This document shows, piece after piece, positions 18,001 through 26,354 of a stretch of 64,000 nt of DNA; within the stretch, counting starts at the first letter, position 1; each line of letters begins with the position of its first letter. The notes under the pieces are model-generated. The model ran no database searches, was not told where the DNA came from, and saw only the letters and a program-made list of their open reading frames with translations. Origin of the DNA: Candidatus Sericytochromatia bacterium (GTDB lineage Bacteria > Cyanobacteriota > Sericytochromatia > S15B-MN24 > UBA4093). Location: assembly GCA_036676495.1 (NCBI GenBank), contig JAKFCT010000080.1:1-64000 (forward strand). The letters are read 5' to 3'. A program made the translations under genes and the position numbers.

Positions 18001-19787
18001 GCGTCTTCCGCTTCGACACCTGGGTCGAACCCCAGGCCGTGGGCACGGCGAGCATGACCGTGATTGCCCGCGGCTCGGGAGCCTCCGATGCACTCGAGCT
18101 TTCGTTGCCGGTGCTGGCGCATGGGACTCCCGAGCGCGTGGCCTTCGCGGGTCCGGCGAGCGAAGCCAAGCCGGCGGAGTTCAGCGTGGAGTTGCCGAAG
18201 GAGGCGATCGCCGAGACGGTCTCGCTGAAGCTGTCGCTGGATCCGACCCCGGCGGCGGCCATGCTGGGCGCGCTCGACTACCTGCGCCGCTACCCGTACG
18301 GCTGCCTCGAGCAGACGACGAGCCGCTTCGTGCCCGAGATCCGCGCCTACCAGACGGTCGCGGCCCTGGGCCTGCCCCGTCCGGCCTTCGTGGCCGAGAT
18401 GCCGGCGCTCGTCGACGAAGGCCTCAAAAAGATCTTGACCGCCCAGCGTGCCGATGGTGGCTGGGGCTGGTTCGCCAACGACCAGAGCGAGGCGGACCTG
18501 AGCGCCTACGTGCTCTACGGTCTCTACGAGACCCGACAGGCGGGCTTCATGGTGCCCGAGGCGCCAGTTCGTTCGGCGATTCGCTTCCTGAAGAGCGCCG
18601 GAGCCCGGATCGACAAGGATGTGGTGACTCCGAGCGAGGTTCGCCGCGGGGCGGGCCCGGATGCGCTGGCGTCAATTGCCTGGTCCCTGAGCTACTGGGG
18701 GCAGGCGGACAGCAGCCTGCGCGACAAGCTCTGGCGCGGGCGGAACGGCCTTTCGAACTACGGATTGGCCCTGGCGACGATGGCCTTCCAGCAGTCGGGT
18801 GACCCGCAGAAGGCTCGCACGACCTGGGACATGCTGAAGAAGCAGGCCAAACGGACCGGGACCCTGGTTCACTGGGAGAGCCGCGCGCAGCGGTACTCCT
18901 GGTACGACATGGCGACCGAGACGACGGCCTACGCCGTGCGGGCGGGCCTCCTGGTGGAGCCGAACGCGTCGGAGGTGACGGGGGCGGTTCGCTGGCTGGT
19001 GGTGAACCGACAGGGCGATCGCTGGCTGAGCACCAAGGACACGGGCGCCATCGTGATGGCCCTAGCCGATGCGATGCGCAATGCCGCCGAGACGGGGATT
19101 CCGACGGCGGCGCAGGTGCTGCTCGACGATCAGCCCGTTCAGCGTCTCGACCTCCAGGGCGAGGCGCGTTACCTGGGTGGCCAGGTGACGCTGGCGGGGG
19201 ATCTGCTGAAGCCGGGCCGGCATACGCTGACGGTGCGGGCCGAGGGGACGGGCGAGCTGCCCGCCTCGGGCTTGCTGTCGTACGTGGCGGCGCGGGAGGA
19301 CATCCAGCCGCAGGCGTCCAAGGAGCTCGACTTGAAGCGGGAGTACTTCCTGCTGGATGAGAGGCTCTTCGCCGAGTCGAAGGTCGAGGGGGGCGGGTAC
19401 AGCCGCTACTTCGATCCCAAGGTGGTCTCGGGCCTGCGGCGCGTGGGCGGGGACGTGAAGTCCGGCCAGAAGGTGCTGGTGCGCTTGACGGTGGACGTCA
19501 AGGAGCCCGTGCGCTACATGGTGCTCGAGGACCCGTTGCCGGCGGGCGCCGAGGTGCTGGACGAGCAGAGCGGCGGATGGGCGTACGCCTGGAGCTCGCA
19601 GACCGTGCGGGACGAGAAGATGGTCTTCTTCCAGCGCGAGATGGCGACGGGCTCGGTGCCGTTCTACTACGTGATGCGGCCGCAGATTCCGGGGCGGTAC
19701 CACGTGCTGCCGCCGGTCATCGAGGGGATGTACGCCCCCGAGGTGCGCGCGCGTGGGGCTGAGAGCCGCCTGGAGATCCGGGAATGA
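15012..19787 (+). CDS. Bacterial alpha-2-macroglobulin with intact thioester
   Basis: YTERPIYRP (MG2), VQEYRKPEF, NFKDTAAW, LPDNLTTW, thioester YPYGCLEQT (about 18291-18317), EDPLPAGAE; N-terminal TM/signal plus carboxypeptidase-regulatory-like domain. Confidence 0.95.
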   Translation: MLNANASRNPAMIWLVILVVLLTGFTGAGILAAEKPTGSVTGVVLDNEGQALANASVHFMGNVNRTAKTRDDGSFRMDRLPIGRYNVQARDRGYEAQWSSPPILVEEGKTLEGLKFNLSPRAPSLTAAQTQRVFTPAEKVRIGVRGTLIDRMHVKLYQLDLSRVVKNSNSLMGLVDRNPAELGEGALLIREWDREIGRQAADEDDWFFRAIEIKDLKPGAYMMQMDGQSDLRRPGMPHTASDSYWFEVTPIGMVAKRSGNEALVYAVDFLTKKPLSGVQVKAYDDRGLRWTATTNREGLIRRAYQGADSLLLVGMLGDAPAHAQSYYWSGSREFRTLLYTERPIYRPDQDVFYKGILREDQLGKIVNRANLPVTVQVLDPQENVVHELHTRTNAVGTFNGQLKLGSEPPLGDYRLVALVAGSRYESTFKVQEYRKPEFKLEVQTPQERYVSGETAQAVVSANYYFGAPVSGAKINYTVYSRPYSPWVTEEDAFYANFGGLDDYGWGYSNVVMQGEATTDDAGHVTLNIPTEIQPDPQGDSSDQRYIVELEGVDASRQVVKGKGGFLVTRGAFTLETTPDRYVYRPGAKGNVVVRAQDYDGKPVSTDVTVELLRIETRVREVNDITQYETVTHPAGSWSATTDAHGRATLDFEIPKEGGEYRLRAKSRDAGGREIVQSAWLWVADEEWAGSSQAYGMVQLTFDKKRYEPGDVAKVLVQLPNAEVSPLITVEGQRLHSAQVLGAGKRSRIVEIPVTKDFAPNVFVVASVVDGKSFHLAEKSLNVTPGDRFLDVRITPGKERYLPGEEASVTVTTRTADGKPVPAEVSLGVVDEAIYALAPDETPDIRAVFHGPRWNRVTTSYSFIEDYSGGPGKDTEEPRVRKNFKDTAAWFPTVQTGPGGSASVRFMLPDNLTTWVVTARAVNAETQVGAAREKFLATKDLLLRMAMPRFMVMGDRVAIATLVHNYTKQEQEVRLQTAATNLKFDGGAERTVKVPPNGVFRFDTWVEPQAVGTASMTVIARGSGASDALELSLPVLAHGTPERVAFAGPASEAKPAEFSVELPKEAIAETVSLKLSLDPTPAAAMLGALDYLRRYPYGCLEQTTSRFVPEIRAYQTVAALGLPRPAFVAEMPALVDEGLKKILTAQRADGGWGWFANDQSEADLSAYVLYGLYETRQAGFMVPEAPVRSAIRFLKSAGARIDKDVVTPSEVRRGAGPDALASIAWSLSYWGQADSSLRDKLWRGRNGLSNYGLALATMAFQQSGDPQKARTTWDMLKKQAKRTGTLVHWESRAQRYSWYDMATETTAYAVRAGLLVEPNASEVTGAVRWLVVNRQGDRWLSTKDTGAIVMALADAMRNAAETGIPTAAQVLLDDQPVQRLDLQGEARYLGGQVTLAGDLLKPGRHTLTVRAEGTGELPASGLLSYVAAREDIQPQASKELDLKREYFLLDERLFAESKVEGGGYSRYFDPKVVSGLRRVGGDVKSGQKVLVRLTVDVKEPVRYMVLEDPLPAGAEVLDEQSGGWAYAWSSQTVRDEKMVFFQREMATGSVPFYYVMRPQIPGRYHVLPPVIEGMYAPEVRARGAESRLEIRE

Positions 19788-20467
19788 CGGGAAGGGTGAA
19801 GGTGGGGGTGGCGATCGCCATCTCAACAGTCTCACTTCTTGTCCTGGGCACCTCCTTCTGGCTGAACCGCCCATTTCAATCAGAGCTAGGCTCGTATCGC
19901 ACGAGTTTGGCAGATCGTACCGAGGCCCAGCGCCACAACATCCGGCAAGCGTCAATGGCGCTGAATGGGGTAGTCGTCGAGCCAGGGGAGACGTTTTCGT
20001 TCAATGAAGCAGTTGGTCCCCGGACGGCTGAACGTGGCTACCGTGAAGCCCCTGCCTACATGGAACGTGACCTCGTAACGAGTATTGGTGGGGGGATTTG
20101 CCAAGTTTCCTCAACACTTTATAACGCGGCTACACTTTCGGGTTTTGTCATTGTAGAGCGTCATCCCCACTCCCGTCGGGTTGCTTCGGTTCCTCCTGGT
20201 AGGGATGCTACGGTGTGGTATGGGATGTCCGACCTGCGCTTTAGGAACGGGTCCTCGACTCCAGTTCGATTGGCAGTGAGGGTTGCAAACGAAGCATTAT
20301 TCGTTGCAGTATGCGCTCGAAAGTCGATGGACCCAGTTATTGTAGTACGGACTGAACCGGTAGAGTCATCTCCAGGGAGCTTAGCATTTGTGACGGTCAG
20401 GACCATGACTATTGCCGGAAAGCTTGGCATGAGAGAAGTGTTGTCGTTTGATGTGTATTCTAATTAA
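19784..20467 (+). CDS. VanW family protein
   Basis: PGETFSFNEAVG, GGGICQVSSTLYNA, ERHPHS...PGRDATV...DLRFRN; N-terminal TM; ATGA overlap with the A2M stop. Confidence 0.92.
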   Translation: MTGRVKVGVAIAISTVSLLVLGTSFWLNRPFQSELGSYRTSLADRTEAQRHNIRQASMALNGVVVEPGETFSFNEAVGPRTAERGYREAPAYMERDLVTSIGGGICQVSSTLYNAATLSGFVIVERHPHSRRVASVPPGRDATVWYGMSDLRFRNGSSTPVRLAVRVANEALFVAVCARKSMDPVIVVRTEPVESSPGSLAFVTVRTMTIAGKLGMREVLSFDVYSN

Positions 20468-20524
20468 TCGGCCGTATTCTTCCATAACTAAGGAGTGGAA
20501 GCTCGAATTCCTTTGGGGGGCTTT

Positions 20525-20554
20525 GGCCCGGTGACTTAGTCACCGGGCCGTTTT
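20525..20554 (+). terminator. Rho-independent terminator after vanW
   Basis: GGCCCGGTGACT-T-AGTCACCGGGCC followed by GTTTT. Confidence 0.75.
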
Positions 20555-21038
20555 ACTGGTGCAATCCCGGAGGGACACTCGAACTCTTAATACCGCTGGC
20601 CCACATATCTACTGGCCTTCTTTCTGAGTAAACGTTAAGCGGAATCCCTAGTTGGATGGGGGTAGTTGTTCTACTCCTTGTAGTTCAATCTAGCGCTACT
20701 CGCCTCACCGCAGTTCATAAGCAACCAAGAACCAGAAGTATAAAAGTGAGATAAGCCGAGAAGGATACCTCAGAAAACTAATGTAGGTGCTGTCATAGCT
20801 TTTGAAAAGCAGATATAAATCTAGAGAAAAACTAGGGAAGTCTTTGGATTTGTGACGATAATGTCTTAAATTGAGAGCGTTGGGGTAGATCAAGAACATA
20901 GTTTTCAAAATGCGGAGTATCGATCCAAAGTTAGACACAACTCAGGTTGAGTGAGAACATCTTCTCAGTGAGGCACGGTATTCATCCTCATTCGATGATT
21001 CTAAACTGTTACCTATCTGCCTAATGAAAGGAGCGTCT

Positions 21039-22097
21039 ATGGCGAATATACAGCGACAATTTATCAAATTTCATGATGCGATCAAACTAACCTTCGACGA
21101 TGACGATGTGCTGCGTCAAGCACGTGACTCCGCGCTCGAGACCCTCAAGACGCGTCTTAAAGCGAATTTCGAGAATAAGGGAGAAAAGGCACCTAAGTTT
21201 GAGAAGTTCGATCAGGGCAGTTATGCGATGTGTACAGGCATTAAGCCCCAGAAGAGCGATTATGACATTGACGTGGGCTTGAAATTCGAGATTGATAAGG
21301 ACGATTATGTTGATGCGGTGAAGGTCAAAGAGTGGGTGCACGACGCACTGAGCGATGATACGCATAAGGTTGTGGTGCGACGGCCATGTGTCACGGTCTA
21401 CGTCTATGAGGACGACGGGGAAACCTTGAAGCATCACGTGGATTTCGCTGTGTACGCTGCCAACAACAAGGATAGTAATCTGTACCTAGCCAAGGGCATG
21501 TTGAACTCCGAATCAAGTAATCGCGTGTGGGAAGTCGCCGACCCTAATGGCTTGTTGGATGCCATTAGCAGCAAGTTTAAGGACGAGGATGCGGAGCAGT
21601 TTCGGCGGGTTGTGCGCTACCTCAAGCGCTGGCGCGACTTGCGCTTTAGCATTGAAGGTAATGCCGCTCCCATTGGAATCGGCCTGACATTCGCCGGTTA
21701 CCACTGGTTCAATCCAGTCAATCGGGTTGTAGACGCGTGGAGTGGAACGACAGAGCGCGACGACCACACGGCGCTCTTGAACCTAGTATCAGCGATGCTC
21801 AATCGGTTCAACGCGACCGTTGAGGACGATGAGACCGGGTACCGTCTTGAAGTGACGCTGCCAGTGAACCCTGGTGGCGATCTATTCAAAAAGATGACCC
21901 TTAAACAAATGGGTACTTTCAAGGAAAAACTTGAAGTGCTCAAGGTGGCGCTTGAAGATGCCCAGGCCGAGACTGATCCTGTCAAGGCAGCCGAGATGCT
22001 AGTGAAACAATTTGGCGATGACTTCCAGGTCCCTACCTCTAAGTCCACGAGCAGTGCTAGTGGTCCGGGATATGTCGGGTCAAGTTCTTCGGGCTAG
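21039..22097 (+). CDS. CBASS cGAS/DncV-like nucleotidyltransferase (CD-NTase)
   Basis: AAGGAG RBS; QGSYAMCTGIKP...DYDIDV (GS...DxD), HVDFAVY third Asp, VRYLKRWRD; flexible tail ending in Gly (VGSSSSG*). Confidence 0.93.
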   Translation: MANIQRQFIKFHDAIKLTFDDDDVLRQARDSALETLKTRLKANFENKGEKAPKFEKFDQGSYAMCTGIKPQKSDYDIDVGLKFEIDKDDYVDAVKVKEWVHDALSDDTHKVVVRRPCVTVYVYEDDGETLKHHVDFAVYAANNKDSNLYLAKGMLNSESSNRVWEVADPNGLLDAISSKFKDEDAEQFRRVVRYLKRWRDLRFSIEGNAAPIGIGLTFAGYHWFNPVNRVVDAWSGTTERDDHTALLNLVSAMLNRFNATVEDDETGYRLEVTLPVNPGGDLFKKMTLKQMGTFKEKLEVLKVALEDAQAETDPVKAAEMLVKQFGDDFQVPTSKSTSSASGPGYVGSSSSG

Positions 22098-22104
22098 AGT
22101 CCCC

Positions 22105-23865
22105 ATGGCAATTGACGCCAAACTCAGAACTCTCCTCGAAAGCTTCGTTGACACGGGCGCCTGGCCAGGCGCCCGTGTGCTCTCGCACGAGCAAGCGGTG
22201 GAGCTTTCGCTCCCCGCGAAACACCTCGCAGTGCTCGAAGGTCCGGTCACCATTGGTGCACACACGATAACGTTATACCTTGGGCTTGAGCGTAGCTTCC
22301 CCCATAAGCTTCCCGGCATCTGGTTGGCAGAGCCTGGATGTTTGGGGCTGATCCCCCATGAAGATAACGAAGGTTTCATTTGCTATCACCGAAACGAGGG
22401 GATCGTAATAAACCGGCATGCTCCATTGGCTGTTATCCGTCAAGCATTAGAGCAGGCAATTCAAGTCTTGCGAGATGGCGAGAGAGGCACCAATAGTAGC
22501 GACCTGATGGAAGAGTTTGGGGCGTATTGGCTAAACCTGCCGTTGAGTTACACTGTACGGTCGGTGGTTGAACCAGCGTCACGCCCTAAGGCGATCTCAG
22601 TGGTATTGAAAGACGGTAAGCCTGACTGGCTGGGCGATTCGCCTACGGCTGTGACCAAGTTCTACCATGAGACACTAGGTGAACGTTCAGTGAGACGTGC
22701 TATCTATCTGCCCCTCTCACCGGATACCGTGCTCACGCCTCCGCAACGTGAACAGTTTTGGACAGTTCGGGACATTCGTCATATCGTCGACCGGCATGTA
22801 GCACCGAAAAACCGTCCGATTTTTCACAAATTGATGCGCCAACAAAAACCACGGGGAAATGACGAACTGTTGGTACTAGGTGTGCCCCGCCCAAGTGGCG
22901 GTGAAACCCTAATTGGCGTGGAATTCGCTAACGCGCGCCAATATTACCCACTTTTGCCAGGCGGAAGATGTACAGATGTGCGCCCGGTCCAGATTTCGCG
23001 CCGGGACCGCACATACTTACTGCCACGTGGTGGGGGTAACCTCGAACTGTCCCAAAAACACGTGCTATTGGTCGGTGCTGGGGCCGTCGGCGGCTACGTA
23101 GCAATGGCACTGGGGTCGGCTGGCTTGGGCAAGCTCACTATCGTGGACCATGATTACCTTAATCCCGAGAACATTTTCAGGCATGTTGTAGGCAAATCGT
23201 GGCTCGGTTCAAAAAAAGTCGACGCTGTCAAATCCTACTTGGAAGCTCGCTACCCGTTTATTGAGGTCCATGGTGTGGCTAAGCGGATCGAGGAGGCAAT
23301 CGAGGATAAGGACATCAGCCTGACGACATTCGATGCAATCGTAGTCGCTTTGGGAGTCGCGACTGTAGAGCTTTGGTTCAATGAGCAACTCTATGGGCTC
23401 GAAGCAGCGCCTCCAACCGTGTTTACCTGGCTAGAGCCTATGGGAATCGGCGGCCATGTCTTGCTTACCGGTGGATGGGGGTGGGGGTGGGAGCGCATAG
23501 GGTGCTTACAGTGCCTGTACACCCAACCTGACTCTGCCTTGGAGCCCTTTGTGACGAATCGGGCTGCTTTTGCCGCGCCTGGACACGATTACACCCGCGA
23601 TATGTTGGGCTGCGGTGGTGCCTTTGTTCCTTTTGCTGGCCTTGATGCGATTCGTACTGCCGAACTGGCTGTAAGGAGTGCCCTCGATGTGCTAGGGCGA
23701 AACGAACCGGGCCATCCATTGATTAGTTGGAAAGGGAATAACCGCGCGTTTCTTGCTGAAGGCCTAACTCTTACTCCCCGGTATTCGCAGAGCGAAAAAG
23801 TGCTCTGGGAAAATCGGTATGGGTATCAACTTCAGAATTGTATCGTGTGCGGGGAGGTCGAATGA
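22105..23865 (+). CDS. cap2: CBASS Cap2, E2-E1 (ThiF) ubiquitin-transferase-like protein
   Basis: E2-like FP...PHEDNEGFICY; E1 GAGAVGG, DHDYLNPENIFRH, CLQC, GCGG, C-terminal CIVC. Confidence 0.9.
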   Translation: MAIDAKLRTLLESFVDTGAWPGARVLSHEQAVELSLPAKHLAVLEGPVTIGAHTITLYLGLERSFPHKLPGIWLAEPGCLGLIPHEDNEGFICYHRNEGIVINRHAPLAVIRQALEQAIQVLRDGERGTNSSDLMEEFGAYWLNLPLSYTVRSVVEPASRPKAISVVLKDGKPDWLGDSPTAVTKFYHETLGERSVRRAIYLPLSPDTVLTPPQREQFWTVRDIRHIVDRHVAPKNRPIFHKLMRQQKPRGNDELLVLGVPRPSGGETLIGVEFANARQYYPLLPGGRCTDVRPVQISRRDRTYLLPRGGGNLELSQKHVLLVGAGAVGGYVAMALGSAGLGKLTIVDHDYLNPENIFRHVVGKSWLGSKKVDAVKSYLEARYPFIEVHGVAKRIEEAIEDKDISLTTFDAIVVALGVATVELWFNEQLYGLEAAPPTVFTWLEPMGIGGHVLLTGGWGWGWERIGCLQCLYTQPDSALEPFVTNRAAFAAPGHDYTRDMLGCGGAFVPFAGLDAIRTAELAVRSALDVLGRNEPGHPLISWKGNNRAFLAEGLTLTPRYSQSEKVLWENRYGYQLQNCIVCGEVE

Positions 23866-24365
23866 CTTGGCAAGTGACGGTATTACTTCCGGGAGGAGGC
23901 GCTTTCAAAGTTGATACGCCGGCCATTACTTTGATGGTGGCCCACCGCCAAATTGATTCACAAAGCGTAGAGTCCGGCGGCATTTTAATCGGCCGGCTTA
24001 TCACAGGTACGCGTGATGCCGTAGTCGATAGCGTTTCGCTACCGCAGCCCGGAGATCGAAGGAGCCGCTTTCGAATTGACAGGATCGACCCTGAGCACCA
24101 GCGGCTTGTTGAAGTTGCTTATGCTGAGTCAGGGGGAACCTACCTAGGAGAATGGCATACGCACCCAGAGCCACATCCAAGCCCATCGAGCATTGATCTC
24201 CAAGATTGGCGACGAAAGGCCAAGGAAGATACGTTTTTTGGTGACGGCCTGGTATTTATGATCCTGGGCACGCAATCGATGGGGTTCTGGTACATTCCGC
24301 ACGCCAGTCGGGTGGTTACGCCCGTTGGGTCGGTCCCGTATGAAGTCATTCATGCTGTCGAATGA
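23862..24365 (+). CDS. cap3: CBASS Cap3, JAB/JAMM isopeptidase
   Basis: ESGGILIG and YLGEWHTHPEPHPSPSSID (E...HxH...S..D); ATGA overlap with cap2. Confidence 0.92.
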   Translation: MTWQVTVLLPGGGAFKVDTPAITLMVAHRQIDSQSVESGGILIGRLITGTRDAVVDSVSLPQPGDRRSRFRIDRIDPEHQRLVEVAYAESGGTYLGEWHTHPEPHPSPSSIDLQDWRRKAKEDTFFGDGLVFMILGTQSMGFWYIPHASRVVTPVGSVPYEVIHAVE

Positions 24366-24383
24366 AAGCAGGATTATATCGCC

Positions 24384-26012
24384 ATGATGAAAAACGAGGA
24401 ATCCGCAAACGAAACCGTGGCCCTGCCCGTGGATAAATCCTACAGCCCCCTCGATAAGCTAGCTCCTGAAAACATTGGGGGAATTCACGGTGGCAGAGGG
24501 TACCAAGACCAATCGGTTTATATTGCGCTGTTGGCGATAAAATACATTGAATCTCCGTCATTTGTGGCCCTAACTCCGGAAGGCTTGGATGATTTAGACG
24601 TCAAATGGATTGATGGCGAAGTTGTCGTCCACGAATTCCATCAAGTGAAAAACCACCACCTGACCCCAGGACAGTTCAAAGAGATACTGCAACGTTTCAA
24701 GGCACGGCGCGATCGATTGGGCTCGGCACACACGGTCCGTAATATAGTGTCGGCCCCATCATTTAGCTCTCATATCGAATCTTTGCATACTGATCTTCAG
24801 CGCTTTCGTGAGCAGTTCCATAACGATCTACCAGAAGTCAAAGAGGATACAGAAAAGACTCTCCGAGAACGCATCTCTAGGCTAGAGTTAGACGAATTTG
24901 CTGATTTGTTGCTATACGAAACATATTTCTTTGATGATTGGTTCGGAATGAAGACCCCCAACCAGCAGCTTGAGCGGTTGACTATGAGCCTAATCAAGTC
25001 ACAGCGATACCGACTCATTCCGGCCGAAATTCTTAATTTTGCGGCCTACCACTTGCTGGCGAATATCGACCACTACCGAAACCACACCTGGACTCGGCAG
25101 GAGTTCGCTGATGTCATCGAGCAGGCAGTGGACCGATACCGACGCCCCGAGGCCGTCGCAGTCCGCGATGGAATCATCGTGCACCAATGGAGCCGTGATA
25201 TTACGGGCATTATCCCGCCTGAACGTGCTCAGTTGGCTGCTCGACGCGTTCACAATAACGATGTCATTTTCAGGCAGGTCACACTACCCTTCCAAGGACA
25301 CAGCGCATTTCCGGCTAACGCCCGGTTTCTCATTGAAGAAGCGGCCGATAAGGGCGGTCCCCTTGCTAGAGCGCTTGAGGAATATCCCTCGGCAGATGTA
25401 CTTTTGATGGGCGTGATCGAAATCCCGTTTGGGCTATTGACGGGGTATCTTGTAGGCGATGGCCGGCGGCTCAAATACTTCGAGTACGATCGAGATACGG
25501 GGGAATACAACTGGCGTGAGCCAGAGAATGCAGAAGTGACTCAGCGTCTATCTTTCACGCGGGCTAATGTCTCCCCGATAGCCGAAGAAGCATTTATCAG
25601 ATTATCGTTCTCGAACCGCATAAGCGAAGAGCAGTGTTATGACTGGGTCAGGCCTGCGGATCCATCATTGCATATGAGTCTCGAACAGCCGGAAAAGGAC
25701 TTGCTTATTAGTGAAGAACAACTACTTGGCTACGTGAAGGAAATCCGGCGGAACTACGAGGCTTTCAAAAACGATTTGCCTAAGTTGCGCCACCTTCACT
25801 TATTTCTTGCCGCCCCCATGTCGTTAGTGTTCAATATCGGCCGGCTGCTGAAATCAAACGATATGCCACCTATGGTGACCGTCTATCACTATAAGAATCC
25901 GGCTTACGTTTGGGGTCTTGAGATTACTGCTGCTAGCAACCGATTTTCACCAGATTCGTATCGCATAGTGGAACTTCCACCTGCACATAAAGTGACCTTA
26001 TCCCAAGAATAG
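24384..26012 (+). CDS. cap4: CBASS effector, Cap4-like endonuclease + SAVED domain
   Basis: N-terminal GYQDQ...EGLDDLDV...HQVK PD-(D/E)xK-like nuclease; C-terminal SAVED pattern (IPFGLLTGY; LHLFLAAPMSLVFNIG...VYHY...YVWGL). Confidence 0.82.
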   Translation: MMKNEESANETVALPVDKSYSPLDKLAPENIGGIHGGRGYQDQSVYIALLAIKYIESPSFVALTPEGLDDLDVKWIDGEVVVHEFHQVKNHHLTPGQFKEILQRFKARRDRLGSAHTVRNIVSAPSFSSHIESLHTDLQRFREQFHNDLPEVKEDTEKTLRERISRLELDEFADLLLYETYFFDDWFGMKTPNQQLERLTMSLIKSQRYRLIPAEILNFAAYHLLANIDHYRNHTWTRQEFADVIEQAVDRYRRPEAVAVRDGIIVHQWSRDITGIIPPERAQLAARRVHNNDVIFRQVTLPFQGHSAFPANARFLIEEAADKGGPLARALEEYPSADVLLMGVIEIPFGLLTGYLVGDGRRLKYFEYDRDTGEYNWREPENAEVTQRLSFTRANVSPIAEEAFIRLSFSNRISEEQCYDWVRPADPSLHMSLEQPEKDLLISEEQLLGYVKEIRRNYEAFKNDLPKLRHLHLFLAAPMSLVFNIGRLLKSNDMPPMVTVYHYKNPAYVWGLEITAASNRFSPDSYRIVELPPAHKVTLSQE

Positions 26013-26110
26013 CGCCAAACTAAAGGGGTAAGGAACACAGTCTGATTATTTCACCTGATGTTCTACGTGCAAAGGTCGTACCATTGGGATAGCGCTCGGA
26101 TAATCAACAG

Positions 26111-26148
26111 CAGACGACCCGCCGGGGTGTGAACCGGCGGGTCGTCTG
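26111..26148. terminator. GC-rich hairpin between convergent CBASS and HNH genes
   Basis: CAGACGACCCGCCGG-GGTGTGAA-CCGGCGGGTCGTCTG perfect 15-bp stem. Confidence 0.65.
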
Positions 26149-26354
26149 GTTCGAGATGGGCGTGATGTGTTAGTGAAATATTGGACGGGGCTGTTCACCC
26201 GGTCACACCTCAATTATCCTAAGTCCTTGAAATCCAGTATCGTCTAAATGACGCTACCCTGCTCAAACAACTGCTAACCGTTTGCAAACGTTATTATTTC
26301 CAGAACGAAATCCGAATTTTGACGCAATTGTTTGAAATATTTTTAAATATAGCG

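Noticed and set aside
19784-20467. Vancomycin-resistance cluster
   Set aside because: A VanW domain alone is widespread; no vanHAX/vanRS genes are present
20557-20586. tRNA-3'-end-like string on the minus strand (GAGTTCGAG...GCACCA) at the island edge
   Set aside because: T-arm-to-CCA spacing is wrong, there is no matching acceptor 5' strand or cloverleaf, and no second copy at the other island end
20705-20938. 77-aa minus-strand ORF upstream of CBASS as a possible CapH-like regulator
   Set aside because: No HTH pattern or clear RBS; looks like a chance ORF in AT-rich DNA
22012-22104. 5' extension of cap2 overlapping the CD-NTase (possible fusion or frameshift)
   Set aside because: The CD-NTase ends cleanly at its Gly-stop and the ATG at 22105 gives a normal Cap2 start; no slippery site seen
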